A DNA stretch of 64,000 nt from Sphaerodactylus townsendi (taxonomy: Eukaryota): NCBI RefSeq assembly GCF_021028975.2, contig NC_059433.1, positions 29,264,001 through 29,328,000 of the forward strand, given 5' to 3'. The notes under the pieces were generated by a model, which saw nothing but the letters and a program-made list of their open reading frames with translations, was not told the DNA's origin and did no database searches. Below, one piece after another: positions 36,924 through 49,235 of the stretch; position 1 is the stretch's first letter; every line of letters begins with the position of its first letter. Both the position numbers and the translations under genes were made by a program.

Positions 36924-39900
36924 TCAGTGCTGTGAAAACCGAAGAATAACAGAACCGAATGAACATTAGGAAAGGGAAAAAAGTACTACTTCAGCATGTA
37001 ATTAGGTTTTTATAGTTTACACCTAACATTTTCATTCAGCTGAAAGGTAGTACAAATGGGGGAAACAGAGTCACCTTTTACATGTTGTCCTTGCTCTAGG
37101 ACAGGGGTCTGCAACCTGCAGCTCTCCAGATGCTCATGGACTACAGATCCCATCAGCCCCTGCCAGCATGGCATTGCCCATGCTGGCAGGGATTTATGGG
37201 AATTGTAGTCCATGAGCATCTGGAGAGCCGCAGGTTGCAGATCCCTGCTCTAGAAACACATGAGTGCCTTTTAGTCTTTTAGTCACTCAAATGTTAACTG
37301 ATGGCTTTTATATTATTGATGGGGACAGAACTTTGGGTGCAACTTGAAGCTTGTTTAGCACCATCAAGCATTTATTTTTTATAGTCCGCCTTTCTCCCTG
37401 AGACTCAAGGTGCATTACACAGTGAAATGCAATATGATCAACAGGATGGGATGTTCAGTTAATAATGCAATAGGGTTTCAATTGCAGAAACCTGAGAACA
37501 AACCGAAACCTAATCAAGGCTGCATTCCTACGAATACTTAAATGTGCCCTCAATATACTTTTTGGGATGTCTATGTAAGCATCCAATTAATTGTGTTATA
37601 TTTCTGGAATGTGGTATGGAGTGCAATTTTACAGCTCTTCAAGCTGCAAACTATAAACTCCTGCCTATGTCATGTCCTGAAGCAACTTCCCCTTCCCCTT
37701 TTTTAACCTCAGTGAGAAGAGTTTGGAGAAGCTTGCAAGGTTGCTCAGTTTTTATACTTTGGTACATTCAAATAAAAAGAACTGAGTTTTTCTGGTTGGT
37801 TTGAGTTGCCTATGTTATAATGCCTTGGAAAGGCAGGTAACTCCCTCACTCTGTCCTCAAGTGGCCTTCATTCTGGTGCTCCTAATATTTTTACATGAGG
37901 ATATGGATAATTACTGTATTTACTTAAATACAATATTTATTCACTTAATTAACCTTTCAGCCGCTTATTAGAAAGGGGGGTGTCATCCCCCCAAATTTCA
38001 TTTAATGCATTTCCATCAGTCCTGTTTAAAGGAAGATTTCAGTGCTGGTCTATGCAAGCACATTTATGCTCCTGTAATGCAAACGAGATAGATTCAATTA
38101 CGCACATTTACTGCGTTGTCAAGTTTATGGAGATGTCAGCTAACATCTAATATTGCCTCTTGTTCCGGTGCTTTAGTCATCATTGTATTTCAGTTGCTTT
38201 AATGACTCAGTTAATTTTTTGATTGAGGCTATAGAGTCCCCAATATTTAACACTCAGTGGCAAAGTTTTTTTACATTGTGAGTAGAATACGGTGTTCTAG
38301 GCCAGTGTCCGATGGAACTGTTAGTTAATTAGGATTGCTGTTAGCCTTTTTTAAATTTGTTTATGCTGGTCAAATGACTGAATAAAGAATCTGTCTGTCA
38401 AGGTGGATCGCCTTCAATTTGGATACAAATACTCAGCACTCAGAGACAGAGGCAAAAGGACATATAGCTTGGTCTCACGTGTTGGAAATGCTGCTGCTGC
38501 TGCACTTTTCGTAAAACGATCTGGCTTGGCCAGGAAGCGCGGAGGGAGAAAGGCCAGCCTTCATTACCTGGAAGGGAGCTTCCCATGTAATTGAGTTGGG
38601 GGTAAGATGCTCTTTGCTCAATCAGAAAGTGTAGAAAAGCAAGGCTCTTTTTGTCTGTGCTTTCTGGCACAACTTCCTGGATCAACTCGGTCAGCAGAGT
38701 TGAGGGCCAATCCAAGAGGCTATGGCTGCTGTAGCAGCAAAGCCTTCCAAAGCTTGGGATGGGGTCAGGAAAGATAACCCCTTTTCCTGGCTGGCTTACT
38801 TCTTGGTGGGTCATCTTAAGTTCAGTATCATCAGTTTTTATGTATAGCCACTTTTTTTTAAAAGGCAACTTGTCTTATATTTGGGATCATCTTCCTTTGA
38901 GTAAATACACTAGCAGCAACACATAATTTTAGAGAGCAAGGTTCTTACCGTTAGTTCTTCACTGGCATTTTCTACACCAGCTTGAGCCACTAGTCCATTA
39001 ACATGTTTTTCAAGGTCATCTATCTGCTCACCCATGTCTTCCAGTAAAAAGTTAAAGAGCATTACTGTTTTGGGTCTTTATAAGATAAATGTTACAATAA
39101 TGTACAAAGGGGAAGAGGGCTGTTTCTTCCATCAGGCATGTGCACAAAAAAGTAGCAAGGTAACACAAGCATTTCAATCACTTGAGTTACACCATTAATC
39201 AGGTTTTTGCTGTATCATATTAAACTCTGAACCACACAAACCTTACAGTAGGGTTGCATAGTTTTCTGCCACAGAACAAAGCATGTCGGACCTTCTTTGT
39301 TGTAGAATGGTCCGCCTGGGTCCTACTTAGCCCTACTCGCCCTATCCGCTTGAAAGTTTGAAAATAAAAATACATTTTTGTGCGAATGCTCTTGTATCAA
39401 AGTACCACATTCAATAATGCACAAAATAGTGATTTTGACAAAGGCAGCTCGTAAAAATGAATGACGATTCCCACATTTGTTTGGGACTATATTCTAACGC
39501 AGAAGCATACAATTTTCTCAACCGCTGCACCTCAACTGACCAAACTGTCATCTTTCCGTGGAAGAGTATAGTGTTGACAGCAGCCAACAGTGGGTCCTCT
39601 GTAAGAGTACCATGCTTTATGGGACAAGCAAAAGACCTTTCAGGTCAGAAAGGAAGTAGGTGATGGATGAGGTTTCACTGGGCTTGAGGGTTTTCTCCCC
39701 ATTGCTCAATTTGAGGTGTCAATAAATTAAACATAGAATAAATAGTATACGTTAATGAAGAGATACTGAAGCCTTTTCATTGAGAAACTCAAACTGGGAA
39801 TTCTGTTTAGGATTGTACTAAGTTGCACCATTCCCTACTTCCATGGGTGGGTCCAGTAGCATATAATTTAGAATAGATTAACCTTGCATACTTTATTACT

Positions 39901-42335
39901 GTTTGCTTTTAATTTCATCATGACTTTGAATTATTATGTATAAGATCTTTTAGAGTTTATACTTTTTACATGGTTCAGCAACTGTTGATCCAATAGGTTC
40001 TTTACAAACAGCTTCAGAGTAATTAAAATTCCCAAATTTAGTTGAAAAGTAATAACTGAAAAGGATATTTCTTAGCGTTAATTTGTCAGTCAATGCCTGA
40101 AAATTTTCATGCACCTGTTGTAGCAGATTTTCTGCCTGGGGAAAAAAAAAGATTATTAGCAAACAATATCTTTATGGTACAGGGAAAACTTCATTAATTT
40201 GCTGTATTAATAAAATGGCATTAAAACCTGCATATATTTTGTTTCATTGCATTGGAACAGGAAGTAGTTTTTTTCTAAGGCTAATTATAGGAAACCATTT
40301 TATTAACAGAAAAGAATATATAGTTGTAGAGTTTTGTTTCAAACTGTAGTACATTGCGGGAAGCGGGAAGCTCATTCTACCTAATAACAAAACACTCTTT
40401 GAGACTGCAGGTATTTGAACAAAGTAATACATTCAGAGATGAATAACATATCTAGCCCAAAACTGCAAAAGTGACCATCTGACAGACTAATAATATATCA
40501 CCTCTTGATAAGTTCTATGGAGAAATTAAGCAGGCTAACAGATTTTGTACAATCCCATTTGGGTGAGTTGTAAGGTATCATTTGTATATATTTGGATACC
40601 AAATGATTCTATTTTTTAAAAAATGCTTAAGTGAATTGCCTATGACCATTTAATATAATTGGGCAGCTGCCACCTCCCCCCCCCAATGGACTTACCCCCA
40701 AAGAGTGGCATAAGCCCCGGACCCAGGCTGTGGTGCAACTAGCTGCAAACCCGGGCTGGAAGCCAACTGACACCAGATCCACCCTGGAGATGAGGGGTGG
40801 CAGGCTGTCAGTGGGGCTTTCCCCACTTACCATTTGCTGCGCGCTACTGCGGGAAAGTAGCGCGGGGTCCAGCGGCGCTCCCCACTTGCAAGGGCGGCAA
40901 CCACGCAGCCGCCCCGAGGCTGCCGCTCTCCCGCCCCTTCAGCGCGCGTCATTTTGGGCGCTGAAGGAACGGCACCTTCTGACTGCCCCGCGCTTACGCA
41001 ACCCCGCGGCAGAAACCACTCGTGCCAGGAGCGCGCTGGGAGTAGCGCGCCGCAATTGGTAAGTGGGGAAAGCCCCAGTGTCTTTGCCTCCTCTGCTGGG
41101 GTAGGTGCCCCTTGCGCTGGTGGAGGGTGCAAACATGCTAGTGCAGTCCTTCACCACCTCCTCAAGAGGATCCCCCCCATTGGGCTGATAATTTAAGTGT
41201 GGTTATTCAACAGTGACTGAAAATGACTGGTACACAAGAAACTACGTTAGACTGACATGTCACCTATAATTATTAGTGTATAATTTCAAGATGATCATAA
41301 AACTCATGGATGAACAAATTACCTCCATAACACTCGCACCAGTAGCATTCAGGACATTAAAAGTTGTAAGCATTATTTATTGTTACCACATGAAATGAAT
41401 TGTCTCAACTTAGAAATTTGGAATACTAAAATTAAATTATTTTAAATATTTGCAGGAGTCATGCTCTGATTTCCAAGGCATTTTATTATCATGCATGCAC
41501 TTCAAAAGTTAATCCTTTCATACAATATCACTAAAATGTTTACTTCCGGTGTTAAGATAACTAGAATTCATATGAAAACAGATGAGGCAATACAAAAATC
41601 TTGTAGGTGGGTGCAATTATTTCTGAACTATTCACAACCTTTAAAAGAGAAGGCTATCCTAACGGAGTACTAATAAATATGACATATTTTAGAACATATT
41701 GCTCCTATTTGATCCTCTAAGCTTTCTAGTTATTTACTACAAGACAACTTAATATGAATTAGAAGTAGACTCTGCTATTTAACTTGCGTCCAATGAGAAA
41801 TCCGGTTGTTTTTGTGGGTGATACAAAGCTCAAGATGGCAAAACACGTAGCATCCTTTTAAATGTAATGAAAAATTCTAAGGGCCGATTTAGAGGAAGAA
41901 GAGAGAAACCCCCTTCCAAGGAAGTCTTTTAGCCCCTCCGGGAGAGATCTGTGTCCTCAAGAGCCTCCTGAAAGTTCAAGACTCCCCACCGTTGCAGTCC
42001 AAGCTCCGCTTCTTGAGTTTTTACCTGGGGGGGCCTTGTTAAAGATCCAGCATCTGCAAGCCAAACACAGATATACCACCTTTCGCTACCCTTCTGTGTG
42101 CATCTTTTCTCCAAGAAAGCAACTAGAAACAGGTGCCTCCATTGGGCGCGTATTAAATTGCCCGTGGTGAGCCGCCTGCCCCAGGAATTGCACCGGTGGA
42201 ACCGCTTCGTGCATCTCCCCCGCGATGCATGCGCATTTTGCAAAGCTTAAACTAGGCCGAGATTATCCGTCGCTCTCCCCCCCCACTCACAAACTCCAAG
42301 AGCTCCCTGGCGCTTTGGGGGTCGTTTTGTGCCAT
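36924..42335 (-). CDS. HSBP1L1: Heat shock factor binding protein 1-like 1, 70 aa
   Basis: complement(join 42291..42335, 40069..40135, 38949..39043, 36924..36929) = 213 nt: MAQNDPQSARELLEFAENLLQQVHENFQALTDKLTLRMEDMGEQIDDLEKHVNGLVAQAGVENASEELTH*. It has an HSBP1-type coiled coil, lies between TXNL4A and SLC66A2, and has AATAAA on minus at 36652-36657. Confidence 0.92.
37102..37247. mobile_element. Palindromic hAT MITE
   Basis: TIRs CAGGGGTCTGCAACCTG...CAGGTTGCAGATCCCTG; TSD CTCTAGGA/CTCTAGAA. Confidence 0.88.
39044..40068 (-). other. U12-type AT-AC intron (HSBP1L1 intron 2)
   Basis: 5' splice site |ATATCCTTTT, branch-like CTCTTTAAC (39051-39059), 3' end TTTTTAC|. Splicing joins A+TG to give an in-frame Met. 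Confidence 0.92.
40813..41076. mobile_element. CpG-rich PIF/Harbinger-like MITE inserted in an older repeat
   Basis: TIRs GGGGCTTTCCCCACTTACCA...TGGTAAGTGGGGAAAGCCCC; 3-bp TSD AGT. Confidence 0.85.
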
Positions 42336-42640
42336 CTCCACGGCCGCCGAGTCCCGGCTCGTTCCCTCTCTTGATCCCTCTGCCGACTGGCACGGCTCCA
42401 AACGGCCGCGTCCCTCCTCCCGTGCCGCCTTGCAGGGGCGCCAAGAGCGGAGGGAACCCCGCCTAGGGAGGCGAGAGGGACGTCCCCGTGCAGACGCCCG
42501 GCCTTCCATAGCAGGTGGCACCTCCTTCCGCTCCCTTCCCTCCTTCCTTGCACACGCGCGAGGCATCCGGGCAGTCTGGTTTGCACGCTGCAAAACCCTT
42601 TAGGAGCGCCAGTCTCTGAAAAAAAGGCGGAGAGGAGCCC
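42140..42640 (-). promoter_or_regulatory. CpG island, promoter and first exon of HSBP1L1
   Basis: High GC and CpG density around coding exon 1; NRF1-like GCATGCGCA at ~42227. Confidence 0.75.
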
Positions 42641-42693
42641 TTTGTGGGTATGCAGTGCAGTCCTGTCACTTCTGGCGACCAAGGCAAGAGGCC

Positions 42694-43913
42694 AGAGGCG
42701 TTCCTCCCACTGGGCAAAGTGGGTAGTTGTTCTGGGCGCAGCCCTGTCTGGGGTGCAGGTTTGTTTGTGGGATTTTTTGTATTTTCAGTGTTTTTCCATT
42801 TTTGACCTGCAGAGGGTGCAGTTTTTAGGCAAGCAGCACCAAAATTTCAGGGATGTTTTGGGAGACTCCTCTGATGCTATCACCCAGGTTTGGTGAGGTT
42901 TGGTTCAGGGAGTCCAAAGTTATGGACTCCCAAAGGGGGTGCCCCATCCCCCATTGTTTCCAATGGGAGCTAATAGGAGATGAGGCTGCACCTTTGAGGG
43001 TCGATAACTTTGGACCCCCTGAACCAAACTTCACCAAACCTGGGAGGTATCATCAAGAGAATCTTTTACTGATACCACCCAGGTTTTGTGAAGTTTGGTC
43101 CAGGGGGTCCAAAGCTATGGACTCCCAAAGGGGGGTGCCCCATCATCCATTGTTTCCAATGGGAGCTAAGATGGGGGCTACACCTTTGAGGGTCCATAAC
43201 TTTGGACCCCCTGAACCAAACTTCACCAAACCTGGGTGGTATCATTAGGGGAGTCTCCTAAAGACACCCTGAAAGTTTGGTGCTGCTAGCTTAACAATTG
43301 GACCCCTGACAGCAGGCACCTCCCAAATTTCCTCAGATTTTCCTTTTACATCCCCCCGCCTTTGACATGGATTTAAAGGGAGAATCTGAGGTCCCCAGTT
43401 TAAACACTGCAAGTGATGCTGTTTCAGGGTGGGGAGAATCAACCCCAAAGTAGCATCACTTCCAATGTTGTTTAAACTGGGAACCCCAGATTCTCCCTTT
43501 AAGGTGGATTTAAAAGGAGAATCTGGGCTCCTTAGTTTAAACACCATTGAAAATGATGCTGTTTGGGGGTGGATTCCAGCATCACTTGTTTAAACTAGGG
43601 AGCCCAGATTCTCCTTTGAAACATTGAAAGTGATACTGTTTCCCCCAATTGGGGGTACTGGATACAACACCATAAAATGTTTTCATAGCAGTAATAAAAC
43701 ATTTTGAAAACATTTTGAAAATGTTTTCAAAAAATTATTTCTTGGTCACAGTGGGGGAGGGTGGCTGCCCATGGGGGGCGCCAAACTCCAGTTTGCCTAG
43801 ATACGCCACTGGGCGTAGCTACAAGGGGGGGTGCGCGTTGCATTGGGCATGCGCCTGGGGGGGCATCAAACTCAGGTTTTGCCCAGGGCTCCAGTTTGCC
43901 TAGTTACACCACT
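42694..43913. mobile_element. Composite non-autonomous DNA element(s) with internal direct and inverted subrepeats
   Basis: Termini CAGAGGCGT...ACGCCACTG (43811), followed by a short second GGCGTAGCTA...TTACACCACTG unit. TTTGGACCCCCTGAACCAAACTTCACCAAACCTGGG occurs twice in direct and twice in inverted form. Confidence 0.6.
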
Positions 43914-44377
43914 GCAAGAGGCGTTGAGGGGCGGTTTGCCATTGCCTGTCTCCAGCCCGGGATTAACCATGAAGCAAAATAAGTGTGTCCTTAGAGCCTC
44001 AAGTGAAGAGGGCCCCATGGAGGGTTTTTTTTTTCTCTGCAAAGTACTGAAGCAGATTTGTTAAGTCAGATTCATTTTGAGGTTGTGATTAAAGACTTTG
44101 CAATTTAAAAATGCAGGTGAATTTTTAAAAAATAAATAAACTTATAAAGTATGTGATAGTAAACATTCTTTTGAATCCTTGGTTTGCATAAAATTGAAAT
44201 GCTATGTATTTTCAAGGCAAGGAAGCAGTGGATTAATAAGTGGTTTTGTTTCATACAAATAATGAGACTTACTCATTAGAATATATAACTCTTGTTTTTA
44301 TTTTGAATTATACCGGGCATACCACAAACTTTTCTGTGCTAAGGGCCTCTAAAGGTCTTAATCCAAGCCTGCTTCCT

Positions 44378-44482
44378 GGTGTTCCTTGGAGGTCTTTCAT
44401 CCAAAATACTAGCCAGGGCCTGCCCTGCTTATCTTCTAAGGTCTGATGAAATCAGGCTAGGGTGGAGCTATCTAGGTCAGGA
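44378..44482 (-). mobile_element. 5S rRNA-derived SINE head (5S-Sauria/SINE3-like), degenerate
   Basis: The minus strand GCCTGATTTCATCAGACCTTAGAAGATAAGCAGGGCAGGCCCTGGCTAGTATTTTGGATGAAAGACC aligns by eye to the 5S internal control region (GAAGCTAAGCAGGGTCGGGCCTGGTTAGTACTTGGATGGGAGACC). Confidence 0.7.
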
Positions 44483-44749
44483 TGCCTGGGACCTACCAAC
44501 TAAGAAAGGGGCTGAGCAGGTGCAAAATGCTTTCTGGCAGCACTGAGTGACGCTTTTGGAGAGTGCTCTTGTTTCAGAGATTTACAGAAAGAGCTTCCAG
44601 ACCGCAGGTTGTTCTTTTCCTGAGTCCCTGGATCTCTTCTCTAAAAATTAATCACTGTGCATACTCCAATAGAAACTAGTATAGTGCATTGGATAGTTGG
44701 TTAGAAATCACATTACTAGTGAGTAACTGATTCACAGGATAATCTAGTG

Positions 44750-46626
44750 CAAGGGTGGCCAAGCTGTGGTTGATGAACCACATATGGCTCTTTGCCGTAT
44801 AATGTGTGGCTCACAGCCATAGAGGATGGTCAGTGGAGTGGAGTCTCCCTTTCTTCGAGCCCTGGCCATGCTGCTGCCATTTGCTATGGGGCAGAGAGCA
44901 GGCGTGGAGCGAAGGGGAGCTGCGCCTAGGGCACACGTGTGCCCCACGCCCCTGTCCGCCCCGACCACACCCCCCCACAGATGTGCACCCGGGGGCGTCG
45001 CATGAGGCCAGAAGGGGAGGCAACAGTTGGCCTCTGGGTCAGAGGTAGAAGTGCCCAAGGCCCCATAGCCCCTGTAATTTATACAATCTTGACAACACAT
45101 CAGCTGGATTTTAAACAACTGACAGCAAAGATGGAAACTCACAATTTTTCTGCTAGCTGGAATAGCCAGTAACTGTCATTAGCAATATCTACTTTTACCC
45201 CTTTTGTTTTTATTTTGGCAGTGTTAGGTCTCGGAACATTAAACCAATAAACAGACTGTGAAGTAATAATCAGCAGCGTTTATTGATGAGGTATTCAAGC
45301 ACCATACTTGGCAAAGCCAGTTTTAACAAAGCTGGCATTTGAGATTCCGTATTTTTCCCAATGTTCACCCCTCCCAGCTTCTCAAGAGGCAGCCTCTGGA
45401 ACTGAGTTCTTCAAGGTCAGGAACAGATAGCAGAGGAGCCACCTGGTCTCCTGCCCACAACAAAATAATAGTTGTAAATCTTTTCTCATGGGACAGCGGA
45501 GGCTTACTTCACTACAAAGCATGCAAAGCCATAAAGCACAGGTCAAGGAAAGAATTCACTGATGGCAGTGGTTATATATAACAGGCTGAATACATATATC
45601 AAAGGAGGCATTGAATTTATATATATATAAACGTGAAATACCACTGACTGACTGACTGATCAAAAGAACTCAAAAACCACCGAAACTACAACATTGAAAT
45701 TTGGCACACCGGTTCGTTATGTGCTTCAGGTGCTCGCTAAGAAAGGATTTTCCAAAATTTTCACTTCCACTCGACTTATTAGATATTTACTGTTCAACTC
45801 TGGCCATCTGCACGAACATTCTAAGGGTGACAGTTAAACACGAGTTTCATGTCCTTCAACATGGTACTTTCGACGGTTTTTGAGTTCTTTTGATCAGTCA
45901 GTCAGTGAGTGGTATTTCACGTTTATATATATAGCTTCGTTTCACAGGACATTTTAATGAAGGGCACTTTGAAGCTCTAACTCAATTTGTCGCATCGACA
46001 AGTACTGCTAATGCCCACCAAACAAGCATGATAGATCCAATGGTGCGCCAACTGCATTCTAACACCACCCTCCTCAATGCATATGAACCTGTTCCTTCTG
46101 CTGAAACCACTAAAGGGAGAAGAGGAATTAAATGCAGAAAGCGATTTTAGAAAAAGACAACTACAGGAAGCTGCTGTAAAATATGCGAAAACCAACCCGT
46201 CAGTCCACAGACAGGCTGTGAAAAAATATGCTGCATGTCACCCCAAAGTTCACAAACAGGCTGTAAAGAAGTATGCTGAATGTCACCCTGAAATTCATAG
46301 AAAGGCTGTGATGAAGTATGCGTAGCAAAGCACAGGTATCCTGCTAGTGGTTACATATAGCGGATTACATGAATTAAAGAATGCACCCCTTTCACTCAGA
46401 TAAGTGTCCTCCTGATAGACAGTCTCATTTAATGTTAATACAAATGAATAAAAATACATGAATAATTATTATTCTGTATGTGTATTAATATTTATATGAA
46501 ATGTTTGTAACAAAATGTGCATGTAATGATAAAAATGTGTGTGTGATATTTGCTCATGTTTTGTGGCTCTCAAACTTCTGAAGTTTATTCTGTGCGACTC
46601 TTAGTTAAGCAAGTTTGGCACCCCTG
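44750..46626. mobile_element. hAT non-autonomous element with nested insertions
   Basis: TIRs CAAGGGTGGCCAAGCT...AAGTTTGGCACCCCTG; perfect 8-bp TSD ATCTAGTG (44742-44749, 46627-46634). Confidence 0.85.
45618..46347 (+). mobile_element. Helitron derivative with an inverted duplication of its 5' end
   Basis: 5' TATATATATAAACGTGAAATACCACTGACTGACTG and 3' GCAAAGCACAGGTATCCTG-CTAG|T. Carries a repeat-coding ORF fragment at 46077-46325. Confidence 0.65.
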
Positions 46627-47609
46627 ATCTAGTGCTGTCTGTTTTCACAGGTATGCAGCATTGGAAAGGTGCTTGTGCTTCTTGCTGAAATTATCTTGGT
46701 TACGCTAATTTAATGTGGGAAATTACATTGAAGCAGTTCCAAAGTATGTATGATTAGATCAGCACAAGAGGGAGAGGAATTCAAACGCTGCTACTTGAAA
46801 CAGGAACAGCAAATGCATTTGAACAGTTTCAGGTTTGTTGAAACAATACAGGCCACTTTACAAGGATGTTTGCTTACTTCATTCATAATTTACCTTTCTT
46901 GTTGTAACTTATGGTACATTACAGAATTAGAGGGCAATACAATTAAATAGTATACATATACTAAACAGTGAAGTAAAAACAATATACTACATGCAACACA
47001 TGCAAAGTGCACAAAAATTAGAAAATTAGGAAACAATGCAACTATAGCACAATACATTTAATTAACAATACAAGAAAACAAAAAGCCTTGAAATATCATT
47101 AGAATTGGTTCAGTTTATTAAAATGGCTTTCTGACCAATTCCATTCTAATACACCCCTATTGTTGTAGGGGATAAACAGGATAACAGATACAAAGCAGTT
47201 TAATATCTAAATTGCTATTAATTTTTATAGTGAAAGCTTAGGTGTGATGGCATGATAGAAAGCCTTATTATAATATAACATTGGGATCTACAATATTCCT
47301 GCCCTAAAAAGTAGCATTTCAAGTGGCCACAGCCAACTATGTGGATCCCAATCACCCTTTGCAGTCGCACGCAGGTGTAAGGGGTTGTCTTCCTTTCCTA
47401 CAGACCCAGCACACCTGCTGTGCCTCCAAAGCCACCAGCCATCTGATCAAGGCATATTTTAATAGGCCCTCACAGACAATCAATCAATCACAACCTTTAT
47501 TGGCATTAAAAAACCCTCAGCAGCCGCTTCAGAGATGACCTCATCATCGTTAACCCCCTCATGGACAAATCCCACATGTTTAGGTTTCAAATGTTGTATG
47601 GCCTATGAC

Positions 47610-47745
47610 CAGTGGTGGGATTCAGCAGGTTCGCACCACTTTGGCAGAACTGGTTGTTAAAATGGTGCTTGTAAACAACCAGTTGTTAAATTATTTGAAT
47701 CCCACCACCAGAACCGGTTGTTAAATTATTTGAATCCCACCATTG
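47610..47745. mobile_element. hAT MITE
   Basis: TIRs CAGTGGTGGGATTC...GAATCCCACCATTG; TSD CCTATGAC/CCTAAGAC. Confidence 0.8.
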
Positions 47746-48769
47746 CCTAAGACCCATGGACTGCATGGACATGAGCCAGCACGGTGTAGTGGTTTGGACT
47801 AGTCACATACATTCAGCCTAACCTATCTCAGAGGTTTTTTGTGAGAATAAAATGGAGTAAATTAGTAATATGCCCCTTGGAGAACACCTGGAGATATAAG
47901 AGGTAGAGTCATATCAACATTCACCCTCTCCCCAGGGCAGTATCAGGGACCTTATATATACCAACACTAAAGTAAGGGAAAACCTAGAGCTGCAGGACAT
48001 CCACTATAAAAGAGTGACAGAGACCTGGACAAGGATCCAAATAGCTGTATAGACTCTTGCAAGAAGTTTGTGCTATTGACAGTGGGATTTTTTAAAAAGT
48101 TTTTTTGTCCAGTTGCTGGATTCCATGCAGTATTTCAAAGTCTTCTAATTTTCAAAAGTAGTTTGCCATTTGCCATAGGGAAGGTGCTGCTATTCTAGGA
48201 AAAGCAGCGTAAGGCATGTTGCTCATTTCACAGGTTTTGGGATGCCAGCCATAATCTTTGGAAGTTCAGAACATTTTATTCTGGTGGCGCTATCATTCTC
48301 TAATAAGGAATTGTTAAAAATAAGAAATGTCTGGCAACCGTACTGAAGACTGACACACATACACTTTGTCTCTCAAACGTTCTAGTTTACTCATGAGCAC
48401 ACAGATGGCTTGTTATATTTGAATAAAATATTCCAGAGAGACTGGTAGGACAAGTTATACCTGTACTGTACACAGTAGCCACCTTCCTCTGAACTTCCTG
48501 GGTGCTACCTAAAAGTCACTTTGGATAATCAAAAGGTTGGATAAGCAGAGATTATATTAACCCTGGACTGTTTCTGCACATTCAGTAAGGAGGAACATAG
48601 TAAAGTAGGATTCTGAAATTGTTAATAACTGGGTTTTTTTGGGGTGGTGGTGGTGCTTACCATAGTCATATTCACAGTTAATTTAGATTGGTCATTAATC
48701 AGCACTATTTCACTTTCACCAATACAGAGCAAAGAATTACTTTTCCAAACTGGTAAATTTATTTCTTCT

Positions 48770-49235
48770 TTAGCCTTTATTTGGCATAAAACAAAAAGAA
48801 TAAAATATATCAAAAATACAAAAATTATAATAAAAGCAGTATACAAATACAAAATATATAGCATAAATGTAAACTATTGGTTATGCATTACTTCCAATAA
48901 AATTTTTGCTACCATTTCGCAAATTGTGAGATCAGAATTGTCCAGTAAGAAAAGGAGTCTGCGTGAAGCATCCATTTCATTAGGTATCAGAGAAAACATA
49001 TTAGAATATTTTAATCTAATATTTGCGGACTTTGGGCAGCAGAACAATTGATGTATCAATGTTTCAACTTGTTGTTCGTTACAAGAGCACACCCTTTTAC
49101 TCATTTCTAAGTTGTTAAATCTAGCACGCAGTAAAGCAGAGGGGAAGACGTTAAAGTGAGCAAATGTGAAGGCTCTTCTCTGATTAGGATTAGTTAAAAG
49201 ATACAGGTAGGGAGCCATCCTACAGGAATTGAGAG
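48770..49235 (-). mobile_element. Non-LTR retrotransposon 3' end (C-terminal CCHC knuckle plus 3'UTR)
   Basis: RRAFTFAHFNVFPSALLRARF...CSC...VETLIHQLFCCP, followed by an AT-rich UTR and ATGCCAAATAAAGG. Clade not determined. Confidence 0.7.
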
